Counted from the first letter of the stretch, positions 1 through 10,118 are shown. The stretch: 50,045 nt of DNA from Burkholderiaceae bacterium (GCA_044368775.1 JBILJA010000001.1:1-50045); one strand, 5' to 3'. A program made the numbers and translations. The notes: a model not told the origin generated them from the sequence alone.

Positions 1-1716
1 GAGGAGATGATCAAGACACTCCATGACTTGCGGCAGCGTTATTGCCTTGGCCCAAGCACAGCGTGCATCGTCGATGCTGCGGATGACCGCGACATTCCAG
101 CGATCAGGCTCAGTGCGGGCAATTTGTTGCAACTTGGCTACGGCGTCAATCAACGCCGCATCTGGACTGCCGAAACCGACAATACTGGCGCGATTGCAGA
201 GACCATCTCCCGCGATAAAGATCTCACTAAAAGTTTGCTCCAAGCCTGTGGTGTCCCAGTCCCGATCGGGCGTGAAGTCCACAGCGCACAAGACGCATGG
301 GAGGCCGCTCAAGAACTCGGTCTGCCTGTCGTGGTCAAGCCAAGCGACGGCAATCACGGTCGGGGGGTCTTTACCAACTTGACATCGCAAGACGAAATAA
401 ACAAGGCCTACTCAGTCGCGATCGAAGAAGGCTCGAGCGTGATCGTCGAACAATTTATTCGTGGCAATGAACATCGTCTGCTGGTTGTTGGCGGCAAACT
501 CATTGCCGCAGCCAAGGGGCAAAACGCCGTCATCATGGGTGACGGCCAACAAAGCATTCGCGCCCTGATCGACACCCAACTCAATGCGGATCCCCGCAGA
601 GGGCACGAAGAAGATCAACCTCTAAACTATGTGCGTCTCGACTCTGCTGTGGTCTTGGAAATCGCCAGACAAGGTTTCGTCGCCGATGACATTCCGGACA
701 AAGGCAAAGAGATCACCATTCAGCGTAACGGCAATGTGGCCTTTGACTGTACCGAAGAGGTTCATCCCGATATCGCCGCCATTGCCTGCACAGCAGCTCG
801 CATTGTTGGCTTGGACATCGCAGGGATCGACCTCGTCGCCGAGAACATCTCAGCCCCTCTCGCTGCACAACAAGGCGCTATTGTCGAAGTCAATGCCGGC
901 CCCGGTCTGCTGATGCATCTCAAGCCGGCCTTGGGCAAGGCGCGTCAAGTCGGTCAAGACATCGTCGGTTATACCTTTCCTCCCGGAGATATGGCCAGAG
1001 TGCCGGTGGTAGGCATCACGGGCACACGTGGCAAAACGCTCACCAGCAAACTGCTCTTTAGACTACTCACACTTCATGGCTGGAATAGCGGACTCGCTTG
1101 CAGTGAGGGCTTGTTTGTCAATCGCCGACGGCTTCGCGCCGGTAACTGCGCGGATCATGCTAATGGCAGGCGCGTCTTGCTCAACCGCGAAGTCGAGGCT
1201 GTCATTATCGAAAATGGCTGCAAACAAATACTCACCGAAGGCCTTGCCTACGAGCGCTGCGAAGTCGGCATCATCACGAACGTTGACTGGACCGAGGACT
1301 TAGCCGCCTACGAAATTTGTGATGACAACGATCTCGTCAATATTTATCGAACGCAGATGGACGTTGTTTTGCCTCATGGCATGGCCATCCTGAACGCGGA
1401 AGATGCGCGCGTCATGGGACTCGCTCACTTCTGCGACGGCGCCGTCACGCTTTTTAGCCGTCAGGCCAACCTCGCAAGCCTCAACAGTCACGTCGCGCAA
1501 GGCCATCGTGCCGTATTTATCGACCACGGACAGCTCATCTTGGCCGAAGGCTCTTTGCGTCGAAATCTCTGCACAATCGCCTCTATTCCGATGACGCAAG
1601 CCGGTACCCGCCACGAACAGTTCAGCAGTATTTTGGCTGCGGCAGCCGCCGCTTGGGCGCTCGGCGTGACACCCGAGCTCATCGAGGCGGGTTTAATCGC
1701 ATTCGAATCACCATAA
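1..1716 (+). CDS. Cyanophycin synthetase family protein (short betaproteobacterial paralog, CphA'-type); probably 5'-truncated by the window edge
   Basis: Frame is open from base 1. It has CphA motifs LGPSTACIV, QLGYG, ATP-grasp KPSDGNHGRGV and EVNAGPGL, then a degenerate Mur-ligase domain (GTRGKT). It ends before the last Mur domain. The N-terminal domain seen in the downstream paralog is absent, so the start is likely upstream of the window. Confidence 0.9.
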   Translation, partial: EEMIKTLHDLRQRYCLGPSTACIVDAADDRDIPAIRLSAGNLLQLGYGVNQRRIWTAETDNTGAIAETISRDKDLTKSLLQACGVPVPIGREVHSAQDAWEAAQELGLPVVVKPSDGNHGRGVFTNLTSQDEINKAYSVAIEEGSSVIVEQFIRGNEHRLLVVGGKLIAAAKGQNAVIMGDGQQSIRALIDTQLNADPRRGHEEDQPLNYVRLDSAVVLEIARQGFVADDIPDKGKEITIQRNGNVAFDCTEEVHPDIAAIACTAARIVGLDIAGIDLVAENISAPLAAQQGAIVEVNAGPGLLMHLKPALGKARQVGQDIVGYTFPPGDMARVPVVGITGTRGKTLTSKLLFRLLTLHGWNSGLACSEGLFVNRRRLRAGNCADHANGRRVLLNREVEAVIIENGCKQILTEGLAYERCEVGIITNVDWTEDLAAYEICDDNDLVNIYRTQMDVVLPHGMAILNAEDARVMGLAHFCDGAVTLFSRQANLASLNSHVAQGHRAVFIDHGQLILAEGSLRRNLCTIASIPMTQAGTRHEQFSSILAAAAAAWALGVTPELIEAGLIAFESP

Positions 1717-1763
1717 TATAAAACCACTGACACTTACGCCCCTTTATCACTTCAGGAATCCAA

Positions 1764-4334
1764 ATGGAAGTTTCTAGAATTCGCGCGCTACGCGGCCCTA
1801 ACTTGTGGAGCCGTCACACCGCCATCGAGGCTGTTGTGACGTGTGCGGGCAATGAGGCTGATTTAGATCAGATGCCCAGTTTTGTCACGCGATTACGCGC
1901 GCGCTTTCCTGAAATAAAACCCTTGCGTCCCTTGGGGCATAAAGAACCGATTACTGTTGCACACGCTTTAGAGGCCATTGCGCTTGGACTTCAAGCGGCC
2001 GCGGGCTGCTCAGTCGCATTTGGTCAAACGACTTCGACACCGGAACTCAATGTCTTTCAGATTGTGTTCCAGTACAGCGAAGAACCCGTCGGTCGGCGCG
2101 CGCTTGAGTTAGCCGAAAACCTCTGCCAGGCCGCGCTTGACGATCGCCCTTTCGACGTCAAGCAAGCGCTTGCCGAATTACGCGATCTCGACGAAGACGT
2201 CCGCCTGGGCCCGAGTACGGGTTCGATCGTGGATGCCGCCGTCGCGCGAGGGATTCCATATCGCCGTCTGACTGAAGGCAGCTTGGTTCAGTTCGGCTGG
2301 GGAAGCAAACAAAAACGCATTCAAGCCGCGGAAACGAGCAGTACGAGTGCCATCGCCGAGGCCATTGCGCAGGACAAAGATCTCACAAAAATGTTACTGC
2401 AGGCTGCTGGCGTTCCTGTCCCTGAAGGCCATGTCGCGGACGACCAGGACGAAGCCTGGGAAATCGCCAATCAAATCGGCCTACCTGTCGTCGTCAAGCC
2501 GCGCGACGGTAACCAGGAAAAAGGGGTCGCCGTCAATATCGAGACGCGTGAACAACTCAACCAGGCCTTCGAGGTCGCCAGTACCATTAGCCGCGATGTC
2601 ATCGTTGAACAATACATTCCCGGACATGATTTCCGCATGTTGGTGATCGGCAATCAACTGATCGCTGCGGCAAGACGCGATCCGCCAAGCGTCATCGGCG
2701 ATGGCCAGCATACGATTGCGCAGTTGGTTGACACCGTCAATCTTGACCCGCTTCGGGGCGATGGACACGCCACCGCACTGACAAAAATACGCCTCGATGA
2801 AATCGCGTTGGCGACGCTGGCAAACCAAGGACTCAATGCACAATCCGTTCCCGAGCGTGGTCATCGTATTTTGTTACGTAATAACGCCAACCTGAGCACA
2901 GGCGGAAGCGCGACCGACGTTACCGACGAGGTGCACCCTGAGTTGGCAGCCCGCATGGTCACTGCGGCGCAAATGGTCGGACTCGATATCGCGGGTGTCG
3001 ACTTAGTCGCCGAAACTGTCATCAAACCTATGGAAGAGCAGCGCGCTGGCATCGTAGAAATCAATGCCGCACCTGGCTTGCGCATGCACTTAAGCCCATC
3101 TTTTGGTCGAGCGCGCCCCGTTGGCGAGGCCATCATCTCGACCATGTTTGCGGACGGAGACAATGCGCGTATTCCAGTGGTCGCCGTCACGGGCACGAAT
3201 GGAAAAACCACGACGGTCCGGTTAACCGCCCACTTGTTAAAAACAAGTGGCAAGCGCGTTGGCATGACGAACTCGGACGGTGTTTACATCGAACACCGCT
3301 GCATTGACACGGGTGACTGTAGCGGTCCTCGAAGCGCTCGCAACGTACTCATGCATCCCGATGTGGATGCGGCGGTTTTTGAAACGGCGCGGGGCGGCAT
3401 TTTGAGAGAAGGACTAGGTTTTGACAAATGCGATGTCGCAGTCGTCACCAACCTTGGTGTGGGAGATCATCTTGGGATGAACTTCATCACGACCATTGAC
3501 CATCTTGCCCTCGTCAAACGCGTCATTGTTCAAAACGTGGCGCCCCATGGCACTGCAGTGCTCAATGCTTCGGATCCGATGGTTTTAAAAATGATCGACG
3601 CATGCCCTGGATCTGTCACACTATTTTCGAGTGACCGACAAAATCCAGCGCTCAATACACATCGAGCCCAAGGTAAACGTGTGATATATATCGATGGCGA
3701 TCATGTCGTGGCCGCCGAAGGCTCAACCGAGCAACGCATTGCGCTCAAGTCGATCCCTCTGACGCGTAATGGCAGCATCACTTTCCAAAATGAGAATGCG
3801 ATGGCCTCGATCGCCGCGGCCTGGGCCTTGGGCCTTGACTGGCAAACAATCACGACTGGGGTATCAACCTTTGTCAACGATGCTCAAAATGCACCTGGAC
3901 GCTTTAACGTGTTCGATTACAGAGGCGCGACAGTGGTGGCTGACTATGGTCATAATCCTGATGCGATTCAGGCCTTGATTCAAGCTATCGAAACGATGCC
4001 TGCCAAGCGACGCATGGTGGTCATCAGCGGCGCGGGGGATCGTCGAGACGAGGATATCGTGCGTCAAACCGAGATTCTCGGTGAGGTTTTCGACCAAGCG
4101 ATTTTGTATCAAGACCAATGCCAGCGCGGCCGCGAAGATGGAGAAGTCCTTGCGCTTTTACAACAAGGATTGCAAAACGTATCTCGCACAAAAGAAATCG
4201 AGGAAATCCGAGGAGAGTTTCTGGCGATTGATACCGCACTTGCCAAACTGCAACCCGGCGATCTATGTTTGATTTTGATCGACCAGGTGCAGGAGGCTTT
4301 GGATCATATCGCCCTACGTGTCGGGCAGGGCTAA
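1764..4334 (+). CDS. cphA: Cyanophycin synthetase
   Basis: 856 aa. Motifs LRGPNLWS, LGPSTGSIV, NANLSTGG, EINAAPGLRMH, P-loop GTNGKTTT, ETARGGILREGL and DYGHNP. Confidence 0.95.
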   Translation: MEVSRIRALRGPNLWSRHTAIEAVVTCAGNEADLDQMPSFVTRLRARFPEIKPLRPLGHKEPITVAHALEAIALGLQAAAGCSVAFGQTTSTPELNVFQIVFQYSEEPVGRRALELAENLCQAALDDRPFDVKQALAELRDLDEDVRLGPSTGSIVDAAVARGIPYRRLTEGSLVQFGWGSKQKRIQAAETSSTSAIAEAIAQDKDLTKMLLQAAGVPVPEGHVADDQDEAWEIANQIGLPVVVKPRDGNQEKGVAVNIETREQLNQAFEVASTISRDVIVEQYIPGHDFRMLVIGNQLIAAARRDPPSVIGDGQHTIAQLVDTVNLDPLRGDGHATALTKIRLDEIALATLANQGLNAQSVPERGHRILLRNNANLSTGGSATDVTDEVHPELAARMVTAAQMVGLDIAGVDLVAETVIKPMEEQRAGIVEINAAPGLRMHLSPSFGRARPVGEAIISTMFADGDNARIPVVAVTGTNGKTTTVRLTAHLLKTSGKRVGMTNSDGVYIEHRCIDTGDCSGPRSARNVLMHPDVDAAVFETARGGILREGLGFDKCDVAVVTNLGVGDHLGMNFITTIDHLALVKRVIVQNVAPHGTAVLNASDPMVLKMIDACPGSVTLFSSDRQNPALNTHRAQGKRVIYIDGDHVVAAEGSTEQRIALKSIPLTRNGSITFQNENAMASIAAAWALGLDWQTITTGVSTFVNDAQNAPGRFNVFDYRGATVVADYGHNPDAIQALIQAIETMPAKRRMVVISGAGDRRDEDIVRQTEILGEVFDQAILYQDQCQRGREDGEVLALLQQGLQNVSRTKEIEEIRGEFLAIDTALAKLQPGDLCLILIDQVQEALDHIALRVGQG

Positions 4335-4353
4335 CGCGCTGAAGGATTAATTT

Positions 4354-4923
4354 TTAGGTTTTGCCTTTCTCGCCAGTAGTGCCTGGTGGGAAAGGAAATG
4401 TCGAAAACATCGCGCGCGTTTGCTCTTGCATCTTGTCCTGCATCTGGGAAAACAGATTTTTGCTTTGCTCGACGTAACTGTTCATCATGTTTTGCACCAT
4501 CGGTGTCTGAGCCGACATGAATTGTGACCAGGCCTCTGGCGCAAACTGATTGGACCCGTACAGTCCCTTTGACTGATCCGCCATCTGCTCCTGAATCTCC
4601 ATAAATCCCTGGATATTTTTTTCCAGATACGAACCCATCATGCCCTGCATAGCGTGGCCATAAAAACGGATCACTTGAGCCAACATCGTCGAGGAGAACA
4701 TTGGCATACCGCCGCTTTCTTCTTCGAGAATGATTTGCAAAAGAATGCTGCGGGTCAAATCCTCCGAAGACTTAGCATCGACCACCTTGAATAGCTCGTT
4801 TTCCAACACCAGTTGCTTGACATCCGCGAGCGTGATGTAGGTGCTGGTCTGCGTGTCATACAAACGACGGTTCGGATATTTTTTAATCAGGCGTACGGTT
4901 GCGCCCGTTGCTGCATCAGTCAT
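4354..4923 (-). CDS. phaR: Polyhydroxyalkanoate synthesis repressor PhaR
   Basis: Signature IKKYPNRRLYDTQTSTYITL and DLTRSILLQIILEEE. ATG at 4923 preferred over TTG at 4935. Confidence 0.95.
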   Translation of the reverse strand: MTDAATGATVRLIKKYPNRRLYDTQTSTYITLADVKQLVLENELFKVVDAKSSEDLTRSILLQIILEEESGGMPMFSSTMLAQVIRFYGHAMQGMMGSYLEKNIQGFMEIQEQMADQSKGLYGSNQFAPEAWSQFMSAQTPMVQNMMNSYVEQSKNLFSQMQDKMQEQTRAMFSTFPFPPGTTGEKGKT

Positions 4924-4993
4924 TACAGTCCCCAAATCTATTATCTATTTAACCACTGAACTTAAATACGCATCTTTTAGGCTGCCCACTGAC

Positions 4994-5731
4994 TCAACCC
5001 ATGTGGAGGCCACCATTCAGTGAAAAGTCTGCTCCAGTCGAAAACCCGGATTCCTCAGACGCAATCCAAGCGATGATGGAGGCGATTTCCTCTGGTCGTC
5101 CGAGACGCTTGACAGGAATGGTCGCAATAATTTTCTCAAGCACATCGGGACGAATCGCACGCACCATATCTGTGCCGATATAACCTGGAGACACGGTGTT
5201 GACCGTCACGCCCTTGCTTGCGACCTCAAGCGCCAATGACATCGTAAAACCATGAATCGCAGCCTTCGCTGTTGCGTAATTACATTGACCAAACTGGCCT
5301 TTCTGCCCGTTCACGGAGCTGATGTTAATAATACGCCCAAATCCACGATCAGCCATGCCGTCAATGACTTGTTTGGTGACGTTAAACAGGCTGTTCAAGT
5401 TGGTATCCATGACAGCGCGCCAATCATCGGAAGTCATTTTACGAAATACGCCATCGCGGGTGATACCCGCATTATTGACCAGTACATCGATTGGCCCATG
5501 CTCGGCCACGACTTTTTTAAATGCAGCCTCGCAAGAGCTCCAGTCAGACACATTACCCACCGAGGCATAGAAAGTGTAGCCCAACGCGGCCTGCTCATCG
5601 ATCCATTGCTGATGGTCGCGACTCGGACCACATCCAGCGATCACTTTCATTCCATCTTTGGACAGACGCTGACAAATCGCGGTGCCAATGCCGCCCATAC
5701 CACCCGTGACGTACGCAATTTTTGCACTCAT
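4994..5731 (-). CDS. phaB: Acetoacetyl-CoA reductase
   Basis: SDR with TGGMGGIG, NNAGITRD, NGQKGQFGQ and YATAK; lies between phaC and phaR. Confidence 0.95.
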   Translation of the reverse strand: MSAKIAYVTGGMGGIGTAICQRLSKDGMKVIAGCGPSRDHQQWIDEQAALGYTFYASVGNVSDWSSCEAAFKKVVAEHGPIDVLVNNAGITRDGVFRKMTSDDWRAVMDTNLNSLFNVTKQVIDGMADRGFGRIINISSVNGQKGQFGQCNYATAKAAIHGFTMSLALEVASKGVTVNTVSPGYIGTDMVRAIRPDVLEKIIATIPVKRLGRPEEIASIIAWIASEESGFSTGADFSLNGGLHMG

Positions 5732-5773
5732 GTTTTATCTCCTAGTTGTCCTGCATCGACGTTGAACTAACAT

Positions 5774-7396
5774 TTAAACCGCCCTGACTTTCACATACGC
5801 ACCTGGCGCATCCTCAAGCACCTTGAAATCCTTTCCGCCTAAAGAATTAGGCGCGCGGATGCGCTTACCACTGTACTGACCGAGCCACTGGGTCCAGGTT
5901 GGCCACCAACTCCCAGGCTGTTCAAGTGCCTGTTGATCCCATTTCTCAGGATTATTGTGATTCGCCTTGGCTCCACTTATCCAAAAACTACGTTTATTTT
6001 TTGCGGGCGGATTAATCACGCCAGCTATATGTCCCGAAGCACCGAGCACAAACGTGTTGTCACCACCAAACAGGGAAAGCGTCGAAAACGCAGAACGCCA
6101 AGGCACGATGTGATCTTCGCGCGAAGCATAAATAAATGCGGGAATCTTGACTTTGCGCATGTCAATCGGCACACCACAGCAAATCAGTGCATTGGGTTGA
6201 GAGAGTTTATTTTCCAGATAGGTATTGCGAAAATACCAGGTGAAAAATGGACCAGGTAAATTCGTACCATCGCTGTTCCAGAAAAGTAAATCAAACGCGA
6301 CCGGTGTTTGGCCTTTTAAATAATTGGAGACGACATAATTCCACACTAGCTCATTGGGACGCAGGAAAGAGAATGTAGAGCCCAGTTCTCTGGCGGACAT
6401 GAAACCGCCTTGACCAATCTGCTGCTCACGCAGACGCGCATGTTGCTCGTCGACAAATACACCCATCGTGCCGGTGTCGTGAAAATCAATCATCGCCGTC
6501 AACATCGTGACCGCAGCGACAGGTTCGTCACCACGCGCCGCCGCCACAGCGAGCGCAGTAGCCAACATTGTGCCGCCCACACAAAAACCAAGCGCATTGA
6601 TTTTTTTCTGTTTGGAGATGGCTTGAGTGACCTCTATCGCCTTGAGCACACCGTGCTCAAGATAATCATCCCAAGTGGCCTTTTCCATACCATCGGCCTC
6701 TTCGGCCAAAGGATTACGCCATGAAATCAAAAATACCGAGAAACCCTCCTCTACGAGATAACGAACAAAGGAGTTTTCTGGCTGAAGATCGAGAATATAA
6801 AATTTATTGATGCACGGCGGTACCAACAAAATGGGTTTTTGAAAGACCGAAGTCGTTGCAGGTGCGTATTGAATCAATTGAAAGAAAGGGTTTTCAAACA
6901 CCACGGCACCCGCGGTGGTCGCAACATTGACACCAATCTGGAATTTAGATTCGTCAGATTGAGTGATGCGACCTTTTTGCAAATCAGACAATAGGTTTTG
7001 CATCCCCGCCATCAGGGTCTCGCCCCCGGACTCTACAAGCGCGGCTTGCGCCTCGGGATTCGTCACCAGAAAATTAGCGGGAGATAACGCATCAAGCCAT
7101 TGACTGATTGAAAACTCTAATCGGTTTTTAACCTCCGGCGCTGCGGCAGAAGCCGACACCATGCGGCTCATCACATCGGCTGACAGCAAATACAAATGCG
7201 CCATCAGCAAATGCGGTGGACTCCCCTCCCACGCAGGTGCTGCAAAACGTCGATCCTTGAGAGGCGTCAAATGACCATCGGCGGCATCTCTGGAAATGCG
7301 TTGCCACCCTTCCAGAAAATCATGCTGAATCTTGACGAGATCTTCGGGCGAAATACCGGCTGGTGGAACCCAACCATCGGGGAAAGGGAGATTCAA
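5774..7396 (-). CDS. phaC: Class I poly(R)-hydroxyalkanoate synthase
   Basis: PPCINKFYILDL, lipase box GFCVGG, DHIVPW and SGHIAG. Start uncertain: TTG at 7396 follows an AAAGG RBS-like site, but the ORF stays open to 7456. Confidence 0.93.
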   Translation of the reverse strand: MNLPFPDGWVPPAGISPEDLVKIQHDFLEGWQRISRDAADGHLTPLKDRRFAAPAWEGSPPHLLMAHLYLLSADVMSRMVSASAAAPEVKNRLEFSISQWLDALSPANFLVTNPEAQAALVESGGETLMAGMQNLLSDLQKGRITQSDESKFQIGVNVATTAGAVVFENPFFQLIQYAPATTSVFQKPILLVPPCINKFYILDLQPENSFVRYLVEEGFSVFLISWRNPLAEEADGMEKATWDDYLEHGVLKAIEVTQAISKQKKINALGFCVGGTMLATALAVAAARGDEPVAAVTMLTAMIDFHDTGTMGVFVDEQHARLREQQIGQGGFMSARELGSTFSFLRPNELVWNYVVSNYLKGQTPVAFDLLFWNSDGTNLPGPFFTWYFRNTYLENKLSQPNALICCGVPIDMRKVKIPAFIYASREDHIVPWRSAFSTLSLFGGDNTFVLGASGHIAGVINPPAKNKRSFWISGAKANHNNPEKWDQQALEQPGSWWPTWTQWLGQYSGKRIRAPNSLGGKDFKVLEDAPGAYVKVRAV

Positions 7397-7430
7397 ATCG
7401 TGACCTTTATAAGCACGCAGCGGTTCAATC

Positions 7431-7448
7431 GTGCGCTGCAATGCAAAT
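7431..7448. promoter_or_regulatory. Putative PhaR operator (TGC-N3-GCA type) upstream of phaC
   Basis: GTGCGCTGCAATGCAAAT lies just upstream of the likely phaC start and resembles the CTGC-N3-GCAG PhaR core. Confidence 0.4.
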
Positions 7449-7456
7449 AATGTCAA

Positions 7457-8248
7457 TCAGGGGAAACGGGCGCAAGACAGCCACGCCAAGGTCGCCATTC
7501 TCCCCGTTTGACGATCCCTGCGATATGAAAAGAATTGCTTAGGATTTGTAACGGTGCACTGCTGGCTGAGCTCGACCTCCGTCACCCCCATTTTTTCGAG
7601 ACGGTATTGTGCGAGTCCCGCCAAATCAAGCCGCCAGCGCTCTGGCTCAGCAGGATCAGGAAAACATAGCTGCGGTTGAGCTGCAAGCTCTAACGCAAAC
7701 GCCTCGCATACGTCGGCCCCAACTTGAAAGGACGCCGCACCGATGCCGGGCCCAATCCAAGCACGCCACCCAGTCGCCAAGGGCTTTTTGTGACGCATCA
7801 AGATCAGGGTTTGCTCCAGAACGCCTGCGGCCAGTCCTTTCCAGCCCGCATGTGCCGCGCCCAGGACAGTTCCATCGCGGTCAGACAACACCACAGACAA
7901 ACAATCCGCGGTCAGCACGGCAAGCACACGATCAGAGCAGATTGTGACCGATGCATCCGCCTCTGGTGGCTCAGACTCATTGATGAATGTTTCAACATGA
8001 TCCGCGTCAACGACCCGAACACCATGCACTTGCTTGAGCCAGGCGGGCTGGGAAGGCACGAAACGACTAAGTAAGCGCCTATTTGCCAACACAGTCTGCG
8101 GCGCGTCGCCAGCACCTAGGCCGAGATTGAACGTGTCATAAGGTGCTATCCCCACTCCGCCGTTTCGAGTGGTGCAAAACGCTTGAACGCCTGACCAAGC
8201 TGTTTGGGGTCGCACAACAGGAAAAGGGATTTTGCCGTTTATTTCCAT
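7457..8248 (-). CDS. pgeF: Peptidoglycan editing factor / purine nucleoside phosphorylase (YfiH family)
   Basis: WLKQVHG, LTADC, AAHAGWKGL and FFSYRR; overlaps the end of rluD, a conserved pairing. Confidence 0.92.
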   Translation of the reverse strand: MEINGKIPFPVVRPQTAWSGVQAFCTTRNGGVGIAPYDTFNLGLGAGDAPQTVLANRRLLSRFVPSQPAWLKQVHGVRVVDADHVETFINESEPPEADASVTICSDRVLAVLTADCLSVVLSDRDGTVLGAAHAGWKGLAAGVLEQTLILMRHKKPLATGWRAWIGPGIGAASFQVGADVCEAFALELAAQPQLCFPDPAEPERWRLDLAGLAQYRLEKMGVTEVELSQQCTVTNPKQFFSYRRDRQTGRMATLAWLSCARFP

Positions 8249-9198
8249 AGAATATGTTCTTGAACGCGTAACAGATCTTGCGCAGGCGGAGCAGTAAAGC
8301 TCACCTCTTTACCTTCATGGCCTGGATCTTCAAACCGAATCTGGTAGGCGTGGAGCATTTGACGATTGGCATCCCCCAATATCCGGCCGCCATACTGCGT
8401 ATCGCCCAGCAAGGGGTGACCTAGGCTCGCCAAATGGACACGAATCTGATGTGTTCGTCCCGTTTCCAGACGACAACGCACCTGAGAAATATTAGAGTCA
8501 TGATACTCACCCACACGCATTAACTCGTAATGGGTCACCGCGGCCTTGGGGGCGCTCGGGCGCTCTACCGCCATTCTGACCGGCACCCTGGGATCCCGTC
8601 CAATCGGACGGTCCACCGTCCCTGTGCCAAGCATGCGCCCGTGTGCCAAGGCCAAATACTCCCGCCCCATGGACCGTGCCTGTAACTGTCGCACAAGGTG
8701 CGTTTGAGCAACCTCGTTTCGCGCCACCACCAGTAAACCAGAGGTGTCCTTGTCAAGACGATGCACAATCCCCGCTCTGGCCACGTGCGCCAACTCAGGA
8801 TAGCGGTATAACAAGCCGTTTAAAAGCGTCCCACTCCAGTTACCCGCCCCGGGATGGGTCACCAGTCCGACCGGCTTGTTCACAACGATCCAATCAGGAC
8901 TTTCGCCCAACACCTCAAACTCAATGGGCTCGGGTTTAAACGCCCCGTCCTCAGGAGAGGGCTGTTCATAAACCGTGATGACATCGTCCTCCCGCAGCGT
9001 CTGTCGCACGCGAGCAACCTGCCCGTTGACAAGCACGTGTCCAAGCTCGATCCAGGTCTGTATGCGACTGCGCGAGTGTTGAGGTATTAATTGGGCTAGG
9101 ACCTTGTCGAGACGCTCTAGCGGCATCTCGTCGGTCACTAGAAAGGTCTGCGGCTCATCGTCCGACAAGACTTCTTCAGAAATAGGGTTATCAGGCAT
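8239..9198 (-). CDS. rluD: 23S rRNA pseudouridine synthase RluD
   Basis: S4-like N-terminus, GIVHRLDKDTSG and LETGRTHQIRVH; divergent from bamD. Confidence 0.93.
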   Translation of the reverse strand: MPDNPISEEVLSDDEPQTFLVTDEMPLERLDKVLAQLIPQHSRSRIQTWIELGHVLVNGQVARVRQTLREDDVITVYEQPSPEDGAFKPEPIEFEVLGESPDWIVVNKPVGLVTHPGAGNWSGTLLNGLLYRYPELAHVARAGIVHRLDKDTSGLLVVARNEVAQTHLVRQLQARSMGREYLALAHGRMLGTGTVDRPIGRDPRVPVRMAVERPSAPKAAVTHYELMRVGEYHDSNISQVRCRLETGRTHQIRVHLASLGHPLLGDTQYGGRILGDANRQMLHAYQIRFEDPGHEGKEVSFTAPPAQDLLRVQEHILWK

Positions 9199-9251
9199 TT
9201 GGACTCGTCTTATAATCAGTAAAGAATGCTAACACCAAGGATCATCTCGTG

Positions 9252-10100
9252 ATGAGTCGCACCACCATTTCTTTTCTTTCTGTACCACCTCTGGGTCAGC
9301 TCGCCAGCCGGATTTTATTGATGCTTGCCGCGCTTGCGCTCATCGCTGGCTGTGGCACCAAAGCACCAGAGTACGATCCAACGGCCAACTGGAATGCCGA
9401 AAGACTCTTCCAAGACGGCAAAACTGCAATGAATGCTGCAAACTGGCGTATCGCCAAAGAGCGATTCGCCGCCGTTGAGGCTCGCTTTCCGTTTGGCGTC
9501 TACGCCCAGCAGGCTCAGATCAACCTAGCCTACTGTCAGTGGAAAGACAAAGAACCCGAGCTTGCCACCGCAACGCTCAACCGGTTTCAGCAGCAATATC
9601 CCGGCAATCCCTCGATGGACTACGTTCTATACCTCAAAGGATTGGTGAACTTCACGCCACCAAGCGCTGTTTTTTCGAGCTTGACGCGTCAAAATCCAGG
9701 TGAGCGAGACGTCCGCGCCCTGCGACAGTCCTTTGCGTCCTTCAGCGAACTCGTCCAGCAGTTTCCAGATAGTCGTTATACGACTGACGCCCGCAAGCGG
9801 TTAGGCTGGCTCGTCAACACCATGGCGGATAACGAGTTGGCCATCGCACGTTTTTATTATGATCGTTATGCTTATGTCGCGGCCATCAATCGTGCTCAAA
9901 GCGTCCTCACCGACTATCAAGGTGTGCCCGCCTCGGAGGCGGCTCTCTACATCATGATGATGTCGTATGAAAAACTTGGCATGACAGACTTGCGTAATGA
10001 CTCCGAACGCGTGTTGCTGCAAAACTTTCCCAACACCACGCTCATCAGTAAAGGTTTCCCCAACAAGTACAGCGCCTGGAATCCGCTACGCCTGTTCTAA
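9252..10100 (+). CDS. bamD: Outer membrane protein assembly lipoprotein BamD
   Basis: Lipobox LIAGC, TPR-like helices, DYVLYLKGL and AYVAAINRA; divergent from rluD. Confidence 0.92.
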   Translation: MSRTTISFLSVPPLGQLASRILLMLAALALIAGCGTKAPEYDPTANWNAERLFQDGKTAMNAANWRIAKERFAAVEARFPFGVYAQQAQINLAYCQWKDKEPELATATLNRFQQQYPGNPSMDYVLYLKGLVNFTPPSAVFSSLTRQNPGERDVRALRQSFASFSELVQQFPDSRYTTDARKRLGWLVNTMADNELAIARFYYDRYAYVAAINRAQSVLTDYQGVPASEAALYIMMMSYEKLGMTDLRNDSERVLLQNFPNTTLISKGFPNKYSAWNPLRLF

Positions 10101-10118
10101 AGCTCTAAAGACGCACAT

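Noticed and set aside
1-9. GAGGAG before the ATG at 7 as an RBS
   Set aside because: There is no spacing to the ATG and the protein lacks the CphA N domain; more likely internal Glu-Glu codons of a gene that starts upstream.
9206-9216. GTCTTATAAT resembling half of the SdhR box
   Set aside because: The second half is missing; better explained as a TATAAT -10 element for bamD.
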